Assembly (NCBI RefSeq): GCF_937958185.1
Contig: NZ_CALFFN010000036.1
Source of the DNA: an uncultured Neglectibacter sp.
Lineage (GTDB): Bacteria; Bacillota; Clostridia; Oscillospirales; Acutalibacteraceae
Reading direction: 5' to 3' (one strand)
DNA length: 64,000 nt
A program made the translations under genes and the position numbers. Positions 58,591-64,000 of this stretch are shown in pieces (position 1 is the first letter of the stretch; each line of letters begins with the position of its first letter). Below the pieces are notes generated by a model. It was given only the letters and a program-made list of their open reading frames with translations. It was not told the origin of the DNA and ran no database searches.

Positions 58591-59909
58591 AAAAAGATTT
58601 GTGCGCGCTGACACCGCCCATGGGGTGGAACAGCTGGGACTGCTACGGCAACGCCGTCAATGAGGAGCAGCTTTTGGGCAACGCCCGGTACATGGCGGAG
58701 CATTTGAAGGAATACGGCTGGGAATATGTGGTCTGCGACATTCAGTGGTCCGAGCCCAACGCTGGGGTAGAGCGCCCGGAATATGTGCCCTTCGCCTGGC
58801 TGACCCTGGACGAATACGGCAGGCAGCTGCCCGCCCCGGAGCGGTTCCCCTCTGCGGCAGGGGGGAAAGGCTTTTCGGAGATTTCCCGGAAAATCCACGA
58901 TATGGGGCTGAAATTCGGTATCCACATCATGCGCGGCGTGCCCCGGCTGGCGGCGCACAGGCACCTGCCTGTCAAGGGGACAGACACCACCTGCGACAGG
59001 ATCGCCCAGGACAATTCCGTTTCCCGCTGGAACACGGATATGTACGGTGTCGACTGGACAAAGGAGGGGGCGCAGGCGTACTACGATTCCATTTTTGAGC
59101 TGTATGCCCAGTGGGGCGTGGATTTCGTCAAGGTAGACGACATCTGCAATACCAACGCCTATCCCACCCGCCCCTATTCCGCGGAAAAGGAGATCGAGAT
59201 GATCCGCCGCGCCATTGACCGTTGCGGCAGAGACATGGTGCTGAGCCTGTCTCCCGGTCCGGCAGTGATCGAAAAGGCGTGGCACCTGCGGCAAAACGCC
59301 AATATGTGGCGCATTACCGACGATTTTTGGGACGACTGGAGCCTGCTGCTTGCCATGTTTGAGCGCTGTGAGGTCTGGGAGCGCCAGGTTTCCCCCGGCT
59401 GCTGGCCGGACTGCGACATGCTGCCTTTGGGCAGTATCCGCCGGAACATCAAGCGCTTTGAGGAAAGCCAGGGACGGGAATATGGCGAAGCGTGGACAAA
59501 ATTCACCCCGGCGGAGCAGACCACTATGATGTCCCTGTGGTGTATCTTCCGTTCCCCGCTGATCATGGGCGGCGAGCTGCGGGAAAACGACGATTTTACC
59601 CTGTCCCTCCTGACCAATCGGGACATTCTGAAAATGCACCGTGACGGAGAAAACGCCCATCAGATCCGCCGGACGGAGGAAAGCTGTGTTTGGAAAAGCC
59701 GTGACAGTGAAGACGGCTCTGTCTATGCGGCGCTGTTTAATTTTGCGGACGAGGACGCGGTGGTGACCGCTTCCCTGGAGGAATTGGAGCTTTTCGGAAC
59801 ATATCGGGCAAGGGAGTTGTGGAGCGGCAGAGAGCTGTGCGCCGTGCAGCAGCTTTCCGCCTGTCTGCCTGCCCATGGCGCGGCGGTGTACCGTCTGCGG
59901 GTGGAATAG
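58587..59909 (+). CDS. GH27 glycoside hydrolase (alpha-galactosidase/beta-L-arabinopyranosidase-like)
   Basis: TPPMGWNSWD, VCDIQW, WGVDFVKVDD, WRITDDFWD, PDCDMLP. Confidence 0.92.
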   Translation: MKKDLCALTPPMGWNSWDCYGNAVNEEQLLGNARYMAEHLKEYGWEYVVCDIQWSEPNAGVERPEYVPFAWLTLDEYGRQLPAPERFPSAAGGKGFSEISRKIHDMGLKFGIHIMRGVPRLAAHRHLPVKGTDTTCDRIAQDNSVSRWNTDMYGVDWTKEGAQAYYDSIFELYAQWGVDFVKVDDICNTNAYPTRPYSAEKEIEMIRRAIDRCGRDMVLSLSPGPAVIEKAWHLRQNANMWRITDDFWDDWSLLLAMFERCEVWERQVSPGCWPDCDMLPLGSIRRNIKRFEESQGREYGEAWTKFTPAEQTTMMSLWCIFRSPLIMGGELRENDDFTLSLLTNRDILKMHRDGENAHQIRRTEESCVWKSRDSEDGSVYAALFNFADEDAVVTASLEELELFGTYRARELWSGRELCAVQQLSACLPAHGAAVYRLRVE

Positions 59910-59950
59910 GCGAATAAAATGTTATGTAAACTACCTCTTGCTTCTAAAAA

Positions 59951-59995
59951 AGTTCCAAATAGAACCTTGACAAAATTGGTTCTATATAGTACCAT
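59951..59995 (+). promoter_or_regulatory. marR promoter with two palindromic operators
   Basis: TTGACA (59967)-17 bp-TACCAT, flanked by AGTTCCAAATAGAACC and GGTTCTATATAGTACC. Confidence 0.7.
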
Positions 59996-60083
59996 ATAAC
60001 TGCCGCAGAAATCGGCAGACGTGCCGGCGGCGGGCTTGCGCAGGTTTTGATGATGACCATAGCTCGGAAAGGACGACCCTTAT

Positions 60084-60569
60084 TTGGAAACCAGAACAGG
60101 ATTTTTGATCTCTCAAATCAAGCAGCGGCAGGGGAGGGTGTTCCAAAGGCTGCTGCAGGACTGCGGCGTGGAGGAATTTAACGGTCCCCAGGGCAATATC
60201 CTCTACGTGCTCTGGCAGGGGGACGGCGTTCCTATTGTGGAGCTTTCCCGAAAAACGGGGCTTGCGAAAAACACCCTGACCGCCATGCTGGGGAGAATGG
60301 AGGAAAGCGGGCTGATCTACCGCAGGCAGAGCGCGGAAGATCACCGAAAATCCTTTATCTGCCTGACGGAAAAGGCGCGGGGGCTGGAAGACCGTTATGA
60401 GCAGGTCTCCCAGCAGATGAACGAGCTGTTTTTTCAGGGCTTCCGGGACAGCGAGATCGAAGAGCTGGAAGGGTATCTGGACAGGATCGTCGCAAATCTA
60501 CAGCGGGCGGAGCGCGCCGGGAAAGCTTTCCCCCAAGGCGTTTCTCCTGCTGAAACGGAAAAGAGGTAA
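60084..60569 (+). CDS. MarR-family transcriptional regulator
   Basis: Winged HTH ELSRKTGLAKNTLTAMLGRMEESGLI, DHRKSFICLTEKA; TTG start. Confidence 0.92.
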   Translation: METRTGFLISQIKQRQGRVFQRLLQDCGVEEFNGPQGNILYVLWQGDGVPIVELSRKTGLAKNTLTAMLGRMEESGLIYRRQSAEDHRKSFICLTEKARGLEDRYEQVSQQMNELFFQGFRDSEIEELEGYLDRIVANLQRAERAGKAFPQGVSPAETEKR

Positions 60570-60573
60570 CAGC

Positions 60574-61041
60574 ATGACAATTGAACAAATGGCGGCGCTG
60601 ATCGACCGCTCTCTATTCGCGTCCCTGGCTTACATGGACGAAGCGGGAAAATTGAATGTCCGCCGGGTATTTTCCACCTTTCATTGGGGACTGGGCAGAC
60701 ATCTGATCTCCACGAATACAAGCTCCGCCCACGTGCAGAGCTTGCTGAAAAACGGGAATGCCAGCCTGTATTTTTCAGATGATTCCGCGTTCGAGGGGCT
60801 TTGCCTGCGCGGCAGGGCGGTGGTTCATTTTGACCGGGAATTTAAGGAGCTGATGTGGCACGAGCAGGACGTTCAATATTATCCCGGCGGCGTGGACGAC
60901 GAGGACTATTGCGTGGTGGAGTTTATCGCGGACTCCGGGCGGTTCTACAAGGGCGACGCGGAAAATTATAAGGGCGAGCTTTCCCAGGAGGAGATCGCGG
61001 CTTACGACGAGGGAAAGACCTATACGGACTCCCGGGCTTAA
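60574..61041 (+). CDS. Pyridoxamine 5'-phosphate oxidase-like (general stress protein 26-like) protein
   Basis: STNTSS..ASLYF..GLCLRGRA..YYPGGVDDEDYCVVEF. Confidence 0.82.
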   Translation: MTIEQMAALIDRSLFASLAYMDEAGKLNVRRVFSTFHWGLGRHLISTNTSSAHVQSLLKNGNASLYFSDDSAFEGLCLRGRAVVHFDREFKELMWHEQDVQYYPGGVDDEDYCVVEFIADSGRFYKGDAENYKGELSQEEIAAYDEGKTYTDSRA

Positions 61042-61071
61042 ACCGCGCGCCCGGCTATTTCACAAAAAACT

Positions 61072-61097
61072 GAGGGGCTGTCTTTTGACAGCCCCTT
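61072..61097. terminator. Intrinsic terminator between convergent genes
   Basis: GAGGGGCTGTC-TTTT-GACAGCCCCTT. Confidence 0.75.
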
Positions 61098-61119
61098 GTT
61101 CATTTTCTATTTCCCGTGC

Positions 61120-61527
61120 TCAGTGCCCGCAGCCGTTTCCACCGCAGCCGTGCTTATCTTCCCCACAGTGACCGTGATGGTCGTGGTCATGATCGTGGTG
61201 GTCGCAATGCACGTTGGGGTCATATAGAAGCGTTCCCGCAAGCAGCGCCTGCACCGCGTCGTCAGCCTTGCCGGAAACGCCGCCGTACAGGGTGATCCCA
61301 GCCTGCGCCAGCGCTTCCTGAGCGCCCGCGCCGATACCGCCGCAGATCAGGGCGTCAACGCCTTTGCCCACCAGAAAGCCTGCCAGCGCGCCGTGCCCAT
61401 GCCCGGCGGTGTCGGAGATTTCCTGACGGACTACCTTGCCGTCCTCCACCTCGTAAAGCTTGACCTGGCTGGTGTGCCCAAAATGCTGGAACACCAGCCC
61501 GTTTTCATAAGTTACCGCAATTTTCAT
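61120..61527 (-). CDS. NifB/NifX-family (FeMo-cofactor-binding fold) protein with His/Cys tail
   Basis: MKIAV..VFQHFGH..GHGHGALA..LICGGIG.GA; C-terminal HDHDHDHHGHC. Confidence 0.88.
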   Translation of the reverse strand: MKIAVTYENGLVFQHFGHTSQVKLYEVEDGKVVRQEISDTAGHGHGALAGFLVGKGVDALICGGIGAGAQEALAQAGITLYGGVSGKADDAVQALLAGTLLYDPNVHCDHHDHDHDHHGHCGEDKHGCGGNGCGH

Positions 61528-61621
61528 GGAAAAAGCTCCTTTCCGTTTCTACCGATATGATACCGCAGAAAGCCGGAAAAATCAAGGGGGAGCGGCACTG
61601 GCTCACCCTGTGCGGCGCGGT

Positions 61622-62626
61622 TTATTTGATCCAGTTTTTGCTGAAGCTGTTCCTTTCGGTTTCCACATGGCCCCGGTGCCCATGGACGGTGCAGGCGTTC
61701 AGCGCTTCTTCCAGCGCGGAAAATTCATCGTCAGTCAACTCTACTTCCCAGCCGCCCAGGTTTTCCAGAATGCGTTCCTGATTTTTCGAGCCGGGAATGG
61801 GCACGCAGTTGGGATATTTCTGCAGCATCCATGCCAGAGAGATCTGGGCGCTGGTGGCGTTTTTCTCCTGGGAATATTTTGTCAGAATGTCCAGAATGGG
61901 CTGGTTCGCGGCAATGTTTTCCTTTTGCAGCTGCGGTACCCAGTTGCGCACATCATCGGTGGACTCGAACCTGGTATCTACCGTGATCTTGCCGGAAAGG
62001 AAGCCGCTGGCAATGGGGGAAAAGGGCACCACGCCGATGTTGTGCTCCAAGCAGTAGGGGAAAATATCCTGCTCGCAGTCCCGTTCCAGCATATTGTACA
62101 GGTTCTGCACGGCGGTGACGGGGGTGATCTTCTGGGCGCGGTCCAGCGTTTCCACATTTACCTGGGACAGCCCCCAGCCCCGAATGAGACCTTCCTCGAT
62201 CAGACTTCCCATGGCGGCTGCCACGTCCTCCACGGCAACGCCCTCGTTGACCCGGTGGAGATAGTACAGGTCGATATAGTCCGTGCGCAGGTTTTTCATG
62301 GAAGCTTCCAGGTGGCGCTTCACCGTGTCATAGACGGAAGCGGAGCCCACCTCCTCCGGGTGGATATGCAGCTTTGTCGCCAGCACCGCGTTTTTGCGGA
62401 ACGGCTCCAGCGCCTTGCCCACCAGCTGTTCGTTGTGACCGGGAAAAAACTGCTCCCGCCCGTAGGCTTCGGCAGTGTCGAAAAAGGTGCAGCCAAAGTC
62501 AAACGCCCTGCGGATCGCTTCTATGCTGTAGCTTTCCGCCGGCACCTGCCCGTACCCATGGGAAAAGCCCATGCAGCCCATGCCAATGGGGGAAACCTCC
62601 AGTTCGCGGATCAAACGTGTTTTCAT
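61622..62626 (-). CDS. Aldo/keto reductase
   Basis: VSPIGMGCMG, FFDTAEAYG, LATK, DYIDLYYLHR, PIPGS; ATG at 62626. Confidence 0.94.
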   Translation of the reverse strand: MKTRLIRELEVSPIGMGCMGFSHGYGQVPAESYSIEAIRRAFDFGCTFFDTAEAYGREQFFPGHNEQLVGKALEPFRKNAVLATKLHIHPEEVGSASVYDTVKRHLEASMKNLRTDYIDLYYLHRVNEGVAVEDVAAAMGSLIEEGLIRGWGLSQVNVETLDRAQKITPVTAVQNLYNMLERDCEQDIFPYCLEHNIGVVPFSPIASGFLSGKITVDTRFESTDDVRNWVPQLQKENIAANQPILDILTKYSQEKNATSAQISLAWMLQKYPNCVPIPGSKNQERILENLGGWEVELTDDEFSALEEALNACTVHGHRGHVETERNSFSKNWIK

Positions 62627-62760
62627 GTGATGACCTCCTGATCGGTGCTTGAAATATTTGTGTTCTGCTGTCAGTATAGCGGAAAACAGATTGACAGGGA
62701 AGTTTCCGTTTGATACAATGGTTGAAACTACAGGTTTCAGCAAAAGGAGCGGTTGTCCAA

Positions 62761-63648
62761 ATGTATGACAAGGTGCTGGATACTTTTTTGGAAACGGTAG
62801 AGCGGGGCAGCTTTTCCAGGGCGGCAGAGCAGCTGTACCTGACCCACACGGCGGTGATCAAGCAGCTGAACAGCCTGGAGGACAGGCTGGGCGTGCGGCT
62901 GCTCACGCGCTCCAATCACGGCGTAGGGCTGACCCCGGCGGGGGAGGTGTTCTACCGGGAGGCAAAGGAGCTGATCCGGCTGTCCGGCGAAGCGGTGGAG
63001 CGGGTGCGCGCGGCGGGCAGACCAAAACGCATCACGCTGCGTGTGGGCAGCTCGGCGCTGTCCCCCTGTCAGGATTTTCTGGAGCAGTGGCAGCGGTCGG
63101 AAAGCGCCGCAAGGTTCCGGCTGCAGATCGTTCCCTTTTCCGACGACCGAAAGCGCTATGAGCATTTGGGCAGGGATTTCGATTTTCTGGTCGGCTCCTG
63201 CGATAATTTATTTGCCCGGGAGAAATTCGACTTTCTGCCTATCGGGCAGTACCGATTTGAGCTGCTTATGAGCCGAGAGCACCGGCTGGCAAAGGCGCGG
63301 TCGCTTTCCCTTGGGGACTTAAAGGGGGAGACCGTCATGCTGATGAAGCCCGGCGTCAGCCCGATCAACGATGAAATACGGCACGCGCTGCAGGAGAAAT
63401 GCCCGGAAGCGGCGATCGAAAGCATTCTGCCCGTCTACAATATGGAAACCTTCAACCGCTGTGCAGAAAGCGAGGCCCTGCTGGTGTCCCTGGAATGCTG
63501 GGAAAATGTCCACCCCGCCTTGACCGCGGTGCCCCTGCAGGAGGAATATACCATCGAGTATGGGCTTATTTTCTCCAAGGCTTTCGGCGGCGCACTGCGG
63601 GAATTTCTTCAGGCGGTGCGCGGGCAGTTCACTGATAAGGCTCAGTAA
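62761..63648 (+). CDS. LysR-family transcriptional regulator
   Basis: GSFSRAAEQLYLTHTAVIKQLNSLE..LLTRSNHGVGLTPAG; divergent from the AKR gene. Confidence 0.93.
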   Translation: MYDKVLDTFLETVERGSFSRAAEQLYLTHTAVIKQLNSLEDRLGVRLLTRSNHGVGLTPAGEVFYREAKELIRLSGEAVERVRAAGRPKRITLRVGSSALSPCQDFLEQWQRSESAARFRLQIVPFSDDRKRYEHLGRDFDFLVGSCDNLFAREKFDFLPIGQYRFELLMSREHRLAKARSLSLGDLKGETVMLMKPGVSPINDEIRHALQEKCPEAAIESILPVYNMETFNRCAESEALLVSLECWENVHPALTAVPLQEEYTIEYGLIFSKAFGGALREFLQAVRGQFTDKAQ

Positions 63649-64000
63649 GCCTTCGGCGGCGCGCAGCTTTCCCGCAGCACCAGATCGGGGGTGGATTGGA
63701 TTCTGGCGTCCGTCTCTATCCCCTGTATGCGGTGAAGCAGCGCCTGAATGACGAACCGTCCGAATTGCTCGTTGTGCTGGTCCATGCCCGTCAGGCGGGG
63801 GACAAAATAGTCGGCGGAAAAGAACTGGTCGCAGCTGACGATGGAAACGTCCTCCGGCACGCGGCGCCCAAAGTCCGCCAGCGCCCGGTACGCGCCGAAC
63901 GCCACGCTGTCGTTGATCGCCAGCGCCGCCGTAAACGGGATTTTTTGTTCCAGCAGGGACTTCATGGCGCTGTAGCCGTCCGGGGCGTAGTAATCGGACA
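63642..64000 (-). CDS. LacI-family regulator, C-terminal fragment (start outside window)
   Basis: TAALAINDSVAFGA..GRRVPEDVSIVS.D..PRLT..LVLRESC. Confidence 0.85.
   Translation of the reverse strand, partial: SDYYAPDGYSAMKSLLEQKIPFTAALAINDSVAFGAYRALADFGRRVPEDVSIVSCDQFFSADYFVPRLTGMDQHNEQFGRFVIQALLHRIQGIETDARIQSTPDLVLRESCAPPKAY

Overview
This is a GC-rich core-chromosome segment of a Clostridia-class Firmicute, probably Oscillospiraceae/Acutalibacteraceae-like (inferred from gene order and protein style). Housekeeping content: nnr; FMN riboswitch-ribU; L20 leader-infC-rpmI-rplT; trmH-dprA-topA-trmFO-plsX-rnc-radical SAM-smc-ftsY-rdgB; yhbY-nadD-yqeK-rsfS-leuS; a BceRS/BceAB-type module; an XRE-cupin/acyl-CoA synthetase operon; iscS-iscU; rnj-gdpP-rplI-dnaB-tilS-hpt-ftsH; a divergent type IIA topoisomerase pair; pepP; GH43/GH27; and several small regulator-enzyme pairs. 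No rRNA, tRNA, CRISPR array, transposase, integrase or reverse transcriptase was seen. The unexplained signal is intergenic and has three parts. (1) An AT-rich four-helix-bundle (23S rRNA-IVP/Avd-like) gene between rsfS and leuS is bracketed by inverted arrays of 7-bp repeats. (2) Related period-7 arrays in three sequence families recur at five further loci. Most begin at an upstream stop codon, with complementary arms ending just before the next ribosome-binding site. (3) A composite non-coding element occurs at two loci 29 kb apart. It consists of inverted 16-bp boxes, a heptamer array, GC hairpins and a 53-nt motif with a conserved fold. All alignments and folds were done by eye, and no database was searched.
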